Shown here in pieces: positions 10,331 to 20,058 of a stretch of 64,000 nucleotides of DNA; the stretch's first letter is position 1; every line of letters begins with the position of its first letter. Source of the stretch: an uncultured virus (IMG/VR IMGVR_UViG_3300020197_002285). Lineage: Duplodnaviria > Heunggongvirae > Uroviricota > Caudoviricetes. Position numbers and translations under genes: made by a program. The notes beneath the pieces were generated by a model that saw nothing but the letters and a program-made list of their open reading frames with translations, did no database searches and had not been told where the DNA came from. The stretch lies in IMG/VR virus record IMGVR_UViG_3300020197_002285; one strand, written 5' to 3'.

Positions 10331-10504
10331 TTAAACTTGTCGTTTCTCACATTTCCTCTTATTTGCTTCTAACTCCAACCGTTCTTTGTAAGGACAATGC
10401 CGACACCTGTTACAGCAATGACCTCTTTTGAGCAAATATTCTCTTGTGAAGACATACTTGCCATTTTCAATAATATAGTAGTCAACATTCAGTTGTAATT
10501 TCAT
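10331..10504 (-). CDS. DUF5522-like small Cys-rich protein (57 aa, below ORF-track cutoff)
   Basis: Manual translation MKLQLNVDYYIIENGKYVFTREYLLKRGHCCNRCRHCPYK... Confidence 0.75.
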   Translation of the reverse strand: MKLQLNVDYYIIENGKYVFTREYLLKRGHCCNRCRHCPYKERLELEANKRKCEKRQV

Positions 10505-10515
10505 GCCCTAAATAG

Positions 10516-10554
10516 AAAAAGGGCATCACAAATTTTCGTTGTGACGCCCTTTTT
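10516..10554. terminator. Bidirectional Rho-independent terminator
   Basis: AAAAAGGGCATCACAA...TTGTGACGCCCTTTTT hairpin with A/T tracts on both sides. Confidence 0.65.
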
Positions 10555-10621
10555 AGGCCCGTAGATACGGTCCACCACCCGTTTTTTTAGATAAACGGGA
10601 AAATCCCGTAGAACGGCGGGA

Positions 10622-10945
10622 TCACTCTGATGCTTCAGCTTGCTGCAATTCGGCTTCGGCTTGAAGCCAAAAATCGACGCCATCACCGGAAGGATAACCG
10701 GCTTGCTCCCACTTGTAGTAGGCTCGTTCCCGAACCTTTTCGCAACAAACTTGAGAGGGGCACTCAGTTGTTGTCTCACCAGCCGCCTCGCAAGTCGCAC
10801 TCAATTGCGACTTATTCTTGGCATCCTGACGTGGGGGTTGATTGCGGCAAACAGTTGCCGTAGCCTCGCAAGTTTCTTGATTTTGGGTCGCAGTTTTAGA
10901 CATTTCGTCCGTACTCCTGTTGAAGATGGAAGTGAGCCAGTTCAT
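10622..10945 (-). CDS. DUF2934-domain protein
   Basis: VRERAYYKWEQAGYPSGDGVDFWLQAEAEL. Confidence 0.85.
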   Translation of the reverse strand: MNWLTSIFNRSTDEMSKTATQNQETCEATATVCRNQPPRQDAKNKSQLSATCEAAGETTTECPSQVCCEKVRERAYYKWEQAGYPSGDGVDFWLQAEAELQQAEASE

Positions 10946-10985
10946 ATTGATTGTACCACAAAAGAATCCGTTCGTAAAGTTGATC

Positions 10986-11525
10986 TTATTTCTTTGGAGG
11001 CAAGTCTTGAAAACCCGGAGCAGGCACAGTAATTACTGGACGCCCCGTAGTCTTGGGCCTTCCCGCTATCAATTCAGTAGTGTAGAATCCAGTCTTGGGA
11101 GCAGGCAAGTCTTGGAAACCCGGCGCTTCCCTCTTAGGAGCGGTTTTAGGCTCGTTTATAGGCACTTTCTTGGTATCAGGCAAGTCTTGGAAACTTGGAC
11201 CTTTCTTCGGAGTCGGGTTCACATAAAACGGCTGCAATTGAGAGGGATAAACATAATACAAGCGACCGTTGCATCCACGAAAGTAGTATCCGCCAGTCGT
11301 ACTGTAAGAATAGGAAGGGATATAGCTGTAAGAATAGGAAGGGATATAGCTGTAAGAATAGGAAGGGATATAGCTGTAAGAATAGGAAGGGATATAGCTG
11401 TAAGAATAGGAAGGATAGCCGCCTCCGCAACGACCACGGAAAAACTGAGCGTTAGCGTCCTGACTAAATGCAAACATCAGGGCAAATGCAGCAGCAGCAG
11501 CAACAACACCAGTCAAATACTTCAT
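10986..11525 (-). CDS. Secreted low-complexity protein with (YSYSYIPS)n and GFQDLP repeats
   Basis: Signal peptide ending ANA; 24-bp in-frame tandem repeat. Confidence 0.7.
   Translation of the reverse strand: MKYLTGVVAAAAAFALMFAFSQDANAQFFRGRCGGGYPSYSYSYIPSYSYSYIPSYSYSYIPSYSYSYIPSYSYSTTGGYYFRGCNGRLYYVYPSQLQPFYVNPTPKKGPSFQDLPDTKKVPINEPKTAPKREAPGFQDLPAPKTGFYTTELIAGRPKTTGRPVITVPAPGFQDLPPKK
11302..11415. repeat. 24-bp coding tandem repeat, 4 full copies plus partial
   Basis: ctgtaagaataggaagggatatag units. Confidence 0.95.
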
Positions 11526-11552
11526 TTTTCACCTCGGTTTTAGGGGTTAGCC

Positions 11553-11966
11553 TTATTGTAAATCAAACTTTTTTCGAGTCAACCCCGGAATCTCGAAAAA
11601 GTTATCCCAATTTTTCATCAAGAAAAAAGAATGTGGGAAAGAACCCTCAATAAGCATCCAGCCGTATTTCAATAAACATGCGGCTAAATCCTGATTATGG
11701 ACGCACTCAACATACGTTGCGTCCCAAGGATTCATTTCGTGGGCTTGTTCCAAAAAATTGGAAAAAATTCCCTCCCCACGTTTGTCTTCATCGACTTCGA
11801 CATAAGCAATATCAAGGCAAACTTGTATTTTGCCTCCCGGCTTCAAAAGATGACGACCCTTACGAACATACACTTTCATGTCGTCGTCGTCAATCCATTT
11901 TGGCGGAACATAGCCAGAATCTTTGGCCCCGTCGATGAATTCTTTGAGTTTTTCGAGGACGGTCAT
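11553..11966 (-). CDS. GNAT-like acetyltransferase
   Basis: IAYVEV...RGEGIF acetyl-CoA motif; N..LA..L.KYGW. Confidence 0.6.
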   Translation of the reverse strand: MTVLEKLKEFIDGAKDSGYVPPKWIDDDDMKVYVRKGRHLLKPGGKIQVCLDIAYVEVDEDKRGEGIFSNFLEQAHEMNPWDATYVECVHNQDLAACLLKYGWMLIEGSFPHSFFLMKNWDNFFEIPGLTRKKFDLQ

Positions 11967-12000
11967 GACTTCCCCATTTCGCCTTTGTGCCGTGGGAGAT

Positions 12001-12468
12001 TCAAGTCACCAAGGGGCACTCCTTCGGAGGCTTATTGTTGTATTCAATTAGCCTCTTGTTATATTCAGACTTAATGTCCGCAGGAGGATTGCTCGAAAAC
12101 TCTTCGAGCATGTCCCTGACGAATAATATGAAATTATCGCCAGAAAGAAGAGAACGGTCGCTTTCACTCATAATGCCATTGCTCTTCAACGAATCTAGGA
12201 AATCCTGCTCTTGCGGAGAAAATAATCGCAGACCGGGTTGAATTACAGTCGTCCCGCCCTTGAAACAAATTGTGTCTCCATATTTATCATCAGAAAAGTC
12301 TAAACAAACCAACTTTCCTTCCCCCTCTAATCCCCAAACTATTTCATATAGATCGGCCAACTTGATGTTCTGCTGGCCGTAGCTTCGGTGGAAAGATCGT
12401 AAAAGCGTAGGGCTAGTGCCCACCACTCTAAGTAAAACAAATCTTGCTTTTTCTTTTTCGTTATTCAC
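12001..12468 (-). CDS. Hypothetical protein
   Basis: ORF in tight co-oriented run. Confidence 0.5.
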   Translation of the reverse strand: MNNEKEKARFVLLRVVGTSPTLLRSFHRSYGQQNIKLADLYEIVWGLEGEGKLVCLDFSDDKYGDTICFKGGTTVIQPGLRLFSPQEQDFLDSLKSNGIMSESDRSLLSGDNFILFVRDMLEEFSSNPPADIKSEYNKRLIEYNNKPPKECPLVT

Positions 12469-12935
12469 CGACTCACCGGATTAAATGAATCGTCATTCTT
12501 GATGGGAGCCATCGGTTCGATTCCATAATGGCGACAAAGAGCCGCCGAGACAACCCCACAATTTTCAAGCCCGTCGATGATCTTATCGCCACCGTCCTGC
12601 TCGAAAAAATATTCGGTACAAATGACCTGCATTCCTTCCAGAATCATATTTCGATAAAAACGCTTGCGTGGCGCTTCGTTGACCCAACGAGACATTTCGT
12701 AAACAAATGTCTGCGTGGCTTCGTCCCAAGCCAAACTGCCATCTTGAAGTCGCTCAAGAAGCACAGGCCAATTGACCTGCACAAGATTGGGTTGGCGGTC
12801 GGTGAGATAAAAGTCAAGATATTCCAACTCTTCGTTGTATTCAAACGGCTTGCCGTCAATTTGAAAAGTTTTCATGCTTGGCTCCGGGTATTTACGACAC
12901 AGGGCTTCATCCAACCGACGCTTAGCGTGACTCAT
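12465..12935 (-). CDS. Hypothetical protein
   Basis: ORF with 4-bp overlaps to neighbours. Confidence 0.55.
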   Translation of the reverse strand: MSHAKRRLDEALCRKYPEPSMKTFQIDGKPFEYNEELEYLDFYLTDRQPNLVQVNWPVLLERLQDGSLAWDEATQTFVYEMSRWVNEAPRKRFYRNMILEGMQVICTEYFFEQDGGDKIIDGLENCGVVSAALCRHYGIEPMAPIKNDDSFNPVSR

Positions 12936-13231
12936 ACTCCACCCAAGTTTTGGACACGGGGCACTACCCCTTGTGCATTATTCAAAACACAATTCATACA
13001 TAACACAGGAATAGTCGGGTCGGAAGCCTTCATCCCCAACTGGCGGGGGCCGATCCAACCTTTATTGCCACAAGCCTCACAAGGATGTTCAACCATGTAA
13101 GGCTGCGGAGTATAAGGAATCCCATGACGATCTGCTTCGTTCACGGGAACCATTGCAATTATGTTGATGGCCATGCAATCACCGTGGGAGCAATAACGCC
13201 AATGACCATGAGCATGGCTAATCTCTTTCAC
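12932..13231 (-). CDS. Hypothetical Zn-binding protein
   Basis: CEAC...CMNC. Confidence 0.5.
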   Translation of the reverse strand: MKEISHAHGHWRYCSHGDCMAINIIAMVPVNEADRHGIPYTPQPYMVEHPCEACGNKGWIGPRQLGMKASDPTIPVLCMNCVLNNAQGVVPRVQNLGGV

Positions 13232-13369
13232 AATTGATGTAGAGTAGACCCGGATATTTGTCGCTGGTATCAGCCATCACCATTCCGGCTTTCTTTAGTC
13301 GCCGTGCAATAACACGAGCAACGTCGTATTTCCCCGGTCCCACCATGATTTATCCCTTTCTTACAAGAC

Positions 13370-13981
13370 TTATCCCTTTCTTACAAGACTTACAATAGAA
13401 CTTGTTTCTCCATCGTAGTCTGAATATGTCGAAACTACAGTACCTTCATGTTTATCGTGCTTGCCGTGAATTTCTCTGTCTAGCCAACTAGCGGGCAACA
13501 AAACAATATCACCAAGAGACAAATCTAAGTTGCCTTTGCGATAAGAAAAAGTTCTTGAATACCCATGCCCACCATCCTCTTGGGGCTTTGGGCAAACGCC
13601 AAAAACAACCTCTACCAAGCCCGGTTTGGCCTTTAGTTTTTTCCCTTCACGTCTTTCAAAATCACGAAGATTCTGAACAACGGAAATACATGGCTTGCAA
13701 AGTCTAACACTGTGACAGCCAAGCCAATAATGATACTCCATATCATCAGGAAGAAATAATCCCTTGCAACCCTTACACTCAATCGGAGTTGCCTTGCGAA
13801 TTTTTTCTTCCTCTTCATATGCTCTCTTTGAGCAATCCCAACACCTTACTTCTGAGTCGGGGGTTCGACTTGGCTTACAGTGAAGGCACAAGTCTTTGTG
13901 GCAAGAAGAACATTCACGCCAAGGTTTAGCGGATTTTCCTCGAACACGCTTGCATTGAGAACAAATTGTTTCAGAGTCCAT
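13370..13981 (-). CDS. Cys-rich zinc-finger protein
   Basis: Multiple CxxC pairs. Confidence 0.55.
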   Translation of the reverse strand: MDSETICSQCKRVRGKSAKPWRECSSCHKDLCLHCKPSRTPDSEVRCWDCSKRAYEEEEKIRKATPIECKGCKGLFLPDDMEYHYWLGCHSVRLCKPCISVVQNLRDFERREGKKLKAKPGLVEVVFGVCPKPQEDGGHGYSRTFSYRKGNLDLSLGDIVLLPASWLDREIHGKHDKHEGTVVSTYSDYDGETSSIVSLVRKG

Positions 13982-14356
13982 TGTGCGATTCCAAATTTAG
14001 TATTTTTGCAACGGAAATTTATTTCCAAAATTCACTTTCATGATAAAAAGTGAAACCACACCGTTCAGCAAATGACTTATCAGTAGTTTGGATGCTTTCT
14101 TGTTCCTACTGCCTGAAATTGGCAACAGCCTCTTCCGGTGATACTCCCGCCAGAATTTGATCGTGAATGCCACAAGGACAATTTTCGTCATGGTCATGGT
14201 TGTGATTCATTTTGTTTCTCTTTTGGAACAATGGGATTATCGGGGATTCACGCCAATGCGTAACGTATCGTTGTTCGGCTTCCTGAAGCGCCCAAGTGAT
14301 CTGTTGATTTAGAGCCATAGTGCTGTGATTGTACCACAGATTTTGTCGGCTGTAAA

Positions 14357-14767
14357 TCAATATAACTTGAGCGGGAACCGACCTTGCGGCCCGGTTAGGG
14401 CATCAATTTTGTCGGAGTAATCTGGACCGATAGCCACGGCAGTATTGGTAGGAACGTGGAATTCGGTAAAACCGCTGTCAGTGATTAGATGGGAAGTCAA
14501 ACCAGCTTCCTGTGCGGCCTTGTAAATATCCAACAGTCCTTGCTCGTCATCGACTTGCAATACGACTTTGGCAAAAGACCCGCTGATCCAGTCTTTCACG
14601 GCTTGGGGAATTTCCAGAATATGCCCATTCATCATGGCTTCTTGCATTGCCCGAAGCAAATGAGACATGAAAGCCATAGAAGCATGGGAACCTTGGGCAA
14701 TTTCCTTGCCACGCCTCATTTTCAAGTCCCGACGAATGACAATGACCTGTTTTGTAGCGTAACTCAT
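14357..14767 (-). CDS. pth2: Peptidyl-tRNA hydrolase type II
   Basis: KQVIVIRRDLKMRRGKEIAQGSHAS, KVVLQV, ITDSGFTE, TAVAIGP. Confidence 0.93.
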   Translation of the reverse strand: MSYATKQVIVIRRDLKMRRGKEIAQGSHASMAFMSHLLRAMQEAMMNGHILEIPQAVKDWISGSFAKVVLQVDDEQGLLDIYKAAQEAGLTSHLITDSGFTEFHVPTNTAVAIGPDYSDKIDALTGPQGRFPLKLY

Positions 14768-14796
14768 GTAGCGTAACTCATGGATAATCGTATATT

Positions 14797-15171
14797 CTAC
14801 GAGCCATTTTGAGTCTCCGTGTCAATAATTTCAAGACATTTACGGGATACTTCGTCGCCAGTTTCCGCAGCAGCTTTAAGAATTGCGTAACACAAACTCT
14901 TGGCATCTGCCCAATTCAAAAGCAATTTTTCTTGAACGTTTTTGCCGCCCATCGCCTTGGATTGAAGAGAGCGCTCTAAATCGCAAATTTCAATCACAAT
15001 AGCATCGGCATCTTTGGGTGTTTCGGGAGGGAAAGCCAAAGTAAGATACTCAGGCTCTTGTGGCGGTTGAACGTGACAGCCAAAGGATTTAATGAATACT
15101 GCTGGTTTTACTACGGTAGCCATTGTAATCCTTATTTTTATTGAGGAATGATTGAACACCCTCATGCGCAA
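14797..15171 (-). CDS. Hypothetical protein
   Basis: ORF; true start probably MATVV. Confidence 0.5.
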   Translation of the reverse strand: MRMRVFNHSSIKIRITMATVVKPAVFIKSFGCHVQPPQEPEYLTLAFPPETPKDADAIVIEICDLERSLQSKAMGGKNVQEKLLLNWADAKSLCYAILKAAAETGDEVSRKCLEIIDTETQNGS

Positions 15172-15203
15172 TTATAGCCACCCTGTACACTTTTTACAAG
15201 CAC

Positions 15204-15232
15204 AAAAAAAGGCCGGGGATCGCTCCCCGGCC
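15204..15232 (-). terminator. Rho-independent terminator after Ro60 gene
   Basis: GGCCGGGGA/TCCCCGGCC hairpin followed by U7. Confidence 0.8.
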
Positions 15233-15244
15233 CCCCCCCATGAC

Positions 15245-16948
15245 TTAGCCAAGAGGAACATTCTGGATCGTTTCGACCCAGAAATTCTTATTCCAGCCGC
15301 CCCTTACGAACCGGGCAACTACGTCGAACACGGCATCACTGAATCCGCCAACTTGAAGAATATCTTCGTGTTCCTTGACCTGAGCGTTCGTTCTCGGTGT
15401 CAAGTCAATGCAGACCAGCTTCGCCCCCGGATTGTGGTCCTTGAAGCAAGTCCACTCATGCATCAGGCCGGTGCCACGGGTGTAGCCGCTGTCTACCCAC
15501 GACTCGTAGTCGGAAATGTAAACAACAACGTCGGCCTTCTGGCGGCGAATGTTGAGCAACTGCATAGGTGCAGAACAGTTAGTTCCACCACCACTAACAG
15601 AAGCCAACTTCTCAGCATTCGTCATAATGCTGTCGAAGCCATTAAGACGAACACGCTCTACAACGCTCTCCTCGAACGGAATTACTTCCGCTTCCTTGTT
15701 GGTACGAAGGATGGTTGCGGCGACCAAAGCCGCTACGTCAACACAACGTACCTTTGTCGTTGCCGATCCACGATCACCAGTTACCGGGCTTCTCATGGAA
15801 CCAGAAACGTCAGGGCATACAACGACCTTGCCAAGCGAAGGAACATTGTGTGTGGCAAGTTCCATAGCCTGCTGCAAAGCATTGCGAACCCGTGCAGGAA
15901 CACGAGTATCGGTTGCCAAGTAAGCCATCATAATCTGGTACGGGAAGGCCCGTGCCTGAGTAACAAGCTCACTATTTTCGACACGCTCAGCGATTACATC
16001 CGTCATGCCCTGAACATCGAATACGCCGTGGTTAGCGTATGTGCCAAGGCTCTTCACAGTGGTCAACCAATTTGCCTTGCGAGCAATATCGGTCCACTGC
16101 TCCGTGGACAACTTTTCATTATCCAAGAAACGGAAATTAACTGCTGGAATCGGCAGGCTCTTATCAGCCTTCCAGTTTTCAAATTCACGAACAATTTGCG
16201 GGAGATTGTCCCACGGCTCAGAGTAAGCTACCTTCACCTGACCATCCTTGCGGTCGAGATACTTACGCTGTAGAACCTTGCGGCCCTCAACGTCCGTAGC
16301 CTCAGCACCGAGCAAGTACGCCAGAAGTGCGGCCTTCTCGTCCGAACGGTTTCCTTCGCCATCAACCGGCTTCGGGTGGACAATCTTTACCACGTCAGCA
16401 ATCGACGGGTTGTTACCAATCGACTGATGAAAGATCGAAGCAGGAGAACGCTTCTGGAACCATTCACGAACCAAACGGCGAGGAACATCACCGAAGGAAC
16501 GACGGCCAAAAGTCCCGCTACGAACAATTTGTACAAAATTACGGACCATGTTACCGGAGTCAATAACACGGTGGAAAGTCTTCTTGAGAACTTCCAACTT
16601 TTCCTTGTTGGCCGGATCAGACGCCAAATATGCCATGCACAGGGCAGGCAAATCCTTCATGTACGAGTCTTCGTGACCATACACGGCGACCTTACCAACA
16701 AATTCTGGATCACATTCCGTGAGCAACTTCTTCACGGAATCCAACTGCGACTTGGCAGAAGTGTAGAAAGTGCCATTCAAACAGCTTGTGCAGACGTACT
16801 GCGCCAAAGCGTGCTTGCTGGACATATTGTAGGCGTTGCCACCGGCCTCATTCTTCGTTTCGACTGCCGATACACAAGCCGCCTGAGTATTAAACAAATT
16901 CTTATTTACCACGCCACACCAACCTTTCTGTGCTAAGCACAAAAGCAT
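15245..16948 (-). CDS. TROVE-domain Ro60/Rsr RNA-binding protein with vWA domain
   Basis: NEAGG.AY, GTFY, MKD.PA, FPYQ, DVSGSM MIDAS, GGGTNCSAP, SDYESW, VGGFSD; real start probably a few codons downstream. Confidence 0.92.
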   Translation of the reverse strand: MLLCLAQKGWCGVVNKNLFNTQAACVSAVETKNEAGGNAYNMSSKHALAQYVCTSCLNGTFYTSAKSQLDSVKKLLTECDPEFVGKVAVYGHEDSYMKDLPALCMAYLASDPANKEKLEVLKKTFHRVIDSGNMVRNFVQIVRSGTFGRRSFGDVPRRLVREWFQKRSPASIFHQSIGNNPSIADVVKIVHPKPVDGEGNRSDEKAALLAYLLGAEATDVEGRKVLQRKYLDRKDGQVKVAYSEPWDNLPQIVREFENWKADKSLPIPAVNFRFLDNEKLSTEQWTDIARKANWLTTVKSLGTYANHGVFDVQGMTDVIAERVENSELVTQARAFPYQIMMAYLATDTRVPARVRNALQQAMELATHNVPSLGKVVVCPDVSGSMRSPVTGDRGSATTKVRCVDVAALVAATILRTNKEAEVIPFEESVVERVRLNGFDSIMTNAEKLASVSGGGTNCSAPMQLLNIRRQKADVVVYISDYESWVDSGYTRGTGLMHEWTCFKDHNPGAKLVCIDLTPRTNAQVKEHEDILQVGGFSDAVFDVVARFVRGGWNKNFWVETIQNVPLG

Positions 16949-17662
16949 TTGTGGGACTAATTTCCCACAACGAATAGAGTGGTTCAGCTTAGAACGATTA
17001 TACCACAGAAACCGGAGCTTGTAAAGACGGAGACGATAATTTGCCCGGTTTTAAATCTATGACTTTTTTCTTTATAAACCTCGTTTGGCATGTGGAATAC
17101 GAGCCTCAATCAAATCAATACGTTGTTTCCATTGCTTTACTATCAGTCTAAAGGGAAAATCAGGTAATTCTTCTGTCCTGTGTTCTCGGTTAATCGCTCA
17201 CCGAGACACATTTGTTTCGCCACAAGTAATACTCCCGACCCGCTGAACCTTCCAAGAATTTTTGAGAATTGAGGATATTACCTCTTGCGCCAGTCGCCGT
17301 CGTGCAAACCGACCTCCGGCCTTTTTGAGTTCCGTGCCGATGATCGGGTCGGTGCGGTTGGTCAGGTTGACAACCCGATATACGCTGTAGTTCACCAGAT
17401 CGTGTTGCTCGAACATTTTGGTTTTTCTCACGGCCATCGTTGTTTCCTTTGGCGGTTCAACGTTAATTCATACCCAACATTCTCTATTAAATGAATAAGA
17501 GTGATAGCAGATAGTGATGGTAATTCGGTGTACAAATCGTCTACAATTTTCATCAATTCTAAATCAGTTTTACGACACTTGCTTTCCATCTTACTGCCCC
17601 TGTTGTTGCATCAACTTCGTTACATTTGGCACAGTCAATGAAAAACGGATTTCTAAAAATAT

Positions 17663-17899
17663 TCACTCTTTTTTGCAATTGCAGGAAGAAGAACCAAAAA
17701 GTATACGACAAAGAAAAGCTAACCACAAAGCCTGCCAGAAGCTAAGTGGAGTCAACCCCCCATTCGTAATGTCTGGAACTGTCCAATTCCATAACAACAT
17801 AACAGGGAATGCCACGATCAGGCAGACAAAGCAAGCTACCAAAACAACTGCAAAAAATGCGGTAAGTATATCTCCCGCATTCATATTTTTTTTGAACAT
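17663..17899 (-). CDS. Small membrane protein
   Basis: Two hydrophobic segments, LWNW..P and SFWQA motifs; GGAGG RBS. Confidence 0.65.
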   Translation of the reverse strand: MFKKNMNAGDILTAFFAVVLVACFVCLIVAFPVMLLWNWTVPDITNGGLTPLSFWQALWLAFLCRILFGSSSCNCKKE

Positions 17900-17998
17900 A
17901 AATCACCTCCGTCCGTCTTTCAATGAAAGACGGATTTCTTATCTGTATTTCTGTATTATTGTAGCGGGTTGTTTTCTAAAGTCAACTGTAATTTGACC

Positions 17999-18337
17999 TC
18001 AAGGATTGTCGGGCGAATCGAGCCTCTTTTTGACTTTCTCACGTTCTTTCTTGAACCATTTCAAAACATTCTTTTTGGTTTCGGTTTCTTCCCACAACTC
18101 ATATCTCTGAATCTGAGCGTCCAATTCCTTTAGATATAATCCATCAGACTCACGCTCTGTAGGTGCCCGCAAAACATAACTTCCATACCAGACCGGAAGT
18201 TTTGAGGCGTATACCGTACCGCCAAACATATCATTATTGACCACTGGGATACAATACCATTTCCACGGACCAAACGCAGTAAGACCAACGAAAAAAAGAA
18301 TTACCGCAATTACGAAAACTAAAATGTATTTCTTCAT
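17999..18337 (-). CDS. Membrane-anchored hypothetical protein
   Basis: N-terminal hydrophobic stretch. Confidence 0.55.
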   Translation of the reverse strand: MKKYILVFVIAVILFFVGLTAFGPWKWYCIPVVNNDMFGGTVYASKLPVWYGSYVLRAPTERESDGLYLKELDAQIQRYELWEETETKKNVLKWFKKEREKVKKRLDSPDNP

Positions 18338-18672
18338 ATTCCCCCCTCTAAAAAAGTTGCTCAGCCCGGATCATCGGATGCACCGGCCCGAAACGCCGGG
18401 ATCTTTAAGTATTTTAATGAAATTCGGAGCGGGGTCAATATTTGGATTATTTTTCGCCAAGAAATTCAAAGTTTTATGATGGTCACGCCATCCATTCTTT
18501 TTCATTACGACTAAGTGGGGAGAGCGGGAATCGTTGTCCTTTGCAATATTCCATTTTTATAACTTCGAGAAAACCAAAGGTTTGCCCTTTTATGTTCCTC
18601 CTATTTGCATAAACTGGTTTTACCGTACCATATTATATGCAAATGGGAGGAATTATCTGCAAATGGGAGGAA

Positions 18673-19155
18673 TTATTTTAAGTCTGGCGGTAAAAATGTT
18701 CCCGGCAAAAAGTAAATGTTGATATTTTTAATGCCTGATCGTATCCATGCGTCCTCGATCAAAGGAAGTATGACGTTCCAACTTCCACCGGCCAAATTTG
18801 TGCCGAAAGCAGGAGCATGAATTTCGTATAATTCATCATTATTTTTAATTGTGTTTGCAACACTTGTTAGACAAGCCGCCAAATGATTATAAAAAAGAGG
18901 CCGTATTCCTCCTAATTCTTGTGCAATCATATTGCATATAAGAACATTGCCAGTTTTAACATAAATAACCTCACCCAACTCAAGTTGGGATTTAGACATA
19001 TACGACTGCTTTGCCATCGGAAAGTGTTTGGCGAGGGGAACAACAAAGCCCGCACCAAATTTTTTTTGATTGTTACACACATGCGGAATAACAACCAATT
19101 TATCCTTTACTTCCTTAATCTCAGCAAACAGATCGCCTTCAATGTATTTTATCAT
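18673..19155 (-). CDS. Macro domain protein (ADP-ribose processing, Poa1p-like)
   Basis: IKYIEGDLF, HVCN....GAGF, NMIAQ, P.FGT.LAGGSW. Confidence 0.85.
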   Translation of the reverse strand: MIKYIEGDLFAEIKEVKDKLVVIPHVCNNQKKFGAGFVVPLAKHFPMAKQSYMSKSQLELGEVIYVKTGNVLICNMIAQELGGIRPLFYNHLAACLTSVANTIKNNDELYEIHAPAFGTNLAGGSWNVILPLIEDAWIRSGIKNINIYFLPGTFLPPDLK

Positions 19156-19576
19156 TCAACTCTTCTCCCGGCCTTGCCTTGATAGCAGCGAACAAATCGC
19201 CTTCGATGTAGTTAATCTTCATGGTTTCCATGTTTCCTCTTGGTACGACTGCCGCCGCCAACATCGAAGACCGGCTGATTCCCGCACGGCAATGAATATA
19301 GACTGGATACTTTTTCATCATAGATTCGACAACTGCTACCGCCATCTTTAGCCAATCCATGCCGGGATATTGGCCATCTAAAATAGGCAAATGAACATAG
19401 GCTGCAAGGTTTTCAGGCATCAAAGCAAAATTGTCAGCTTGGCATTTCTTGTTATTGCCGTAGCTCGGCGGGTCTTGAGCGTGGAGGTACATTAAATTCA
19501 CAACAGCCCTGATCTGCTCCGGTCGTCGCTCCTTCGACATCGGACCCTGATATAGATTGTCGAGAATTTGAAACAT
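19139..19576 (-). CDS. Dual-specificity protein phosphatase, apparently C-terminally truncated
   Basis: VYIHCRAGISRS P-loop; tail runs into a duplicate Macro N-terminus (MKINYIEGDLF). Confidence 0.75.
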   Translation of the reverse strand: MFQILDNLYQGPMSKERRPEQIRAVVNLMYLHAQDPPSYGNNKKCQADNFALMPENLAAYVHLPILDGQYPGMDWLKMAVAVVESMMKKYPVYIHCRAGISRSSMLAAAVVPRGNMETMKINYIEGDLFAAIKARPGEELNDKIH

Positions 19577-19955
19577 TATTTTTCTCTGGTAACTTGGACA
19601 ATAAATTCATTTGCAGGTCTTTAACTTCATTCAGGGCTTTGAGCAAGCCATTTGTTAAATCAGTTTGGATGGCATAGAAATGCTTAATTCCGTCCAAAAA
19701 AATAGTCTCCACTGTCCAACTCATCAAGAGTTCACTGCCATCTTTGCGATAATTTATCGTGGTTCCTACCGCACCTTGAAAGATTCTCGGAGTCTTGCCG
19801 ATCAATTCCTCTAAAGTATACCCGGTCATTCGCAAACAATTTGGATTTGCATAAACTATTTTTGGGCCGGGTGGATCAATATGGGAATCTGTCAGCAATA
19901 TCGACAATTCCGAAACATCAGCAGAACTCTGAAATCTTTCCATGTCAGTGGCCAT
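19452..19955 (-). CDS. PAS-domain protein (possible internal deletion)
   Basis: IVYAN....MTGY..EE..GKTPR.FQG then directly INYRKDGS; TAAATA at 19961-19966. Confidence 0.7.
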   Translation of the reverse strand: MATDMERFQSSADVSELSILLTDSHIDPPGPKIVYANPNCLRMTGYTLEELIGKTPRIFQGAVGTTINYRKDGSELLMSWTVETIFLDGIKHFYAIQTDLTNGLLKALNEVKDLQMNLLSKLPEKNNVSNSRQSISGSDVEGATTGADQGCCEFNVPPRSRPAELRQ

Positions 19956-20058
19956 AAAACTATTTATGTGACATGGAAAGATTTTAATTATTCTTTTTTT
20001 GCCAATTATATTGGTTATCCATTAAAGCAAACATAGAATCCCGAAACTTTTCTTCCCC

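Noticed and set aside
11302..11415. Possible CRISPR array (24-bp repeats; also 15-bp repeats at 54130-54224)
   Set aside because: No spacers, unit lengths are multiples of 3 inside ORFs, and no cas genes are present
15152..16273. Long plus-strand ORFs (also 266-1009, 43497-44219, 45212-46018, 47483-48988)
   Set aside because: Antisense shadows of well-supported minus-strand genes with no recognisable motifs
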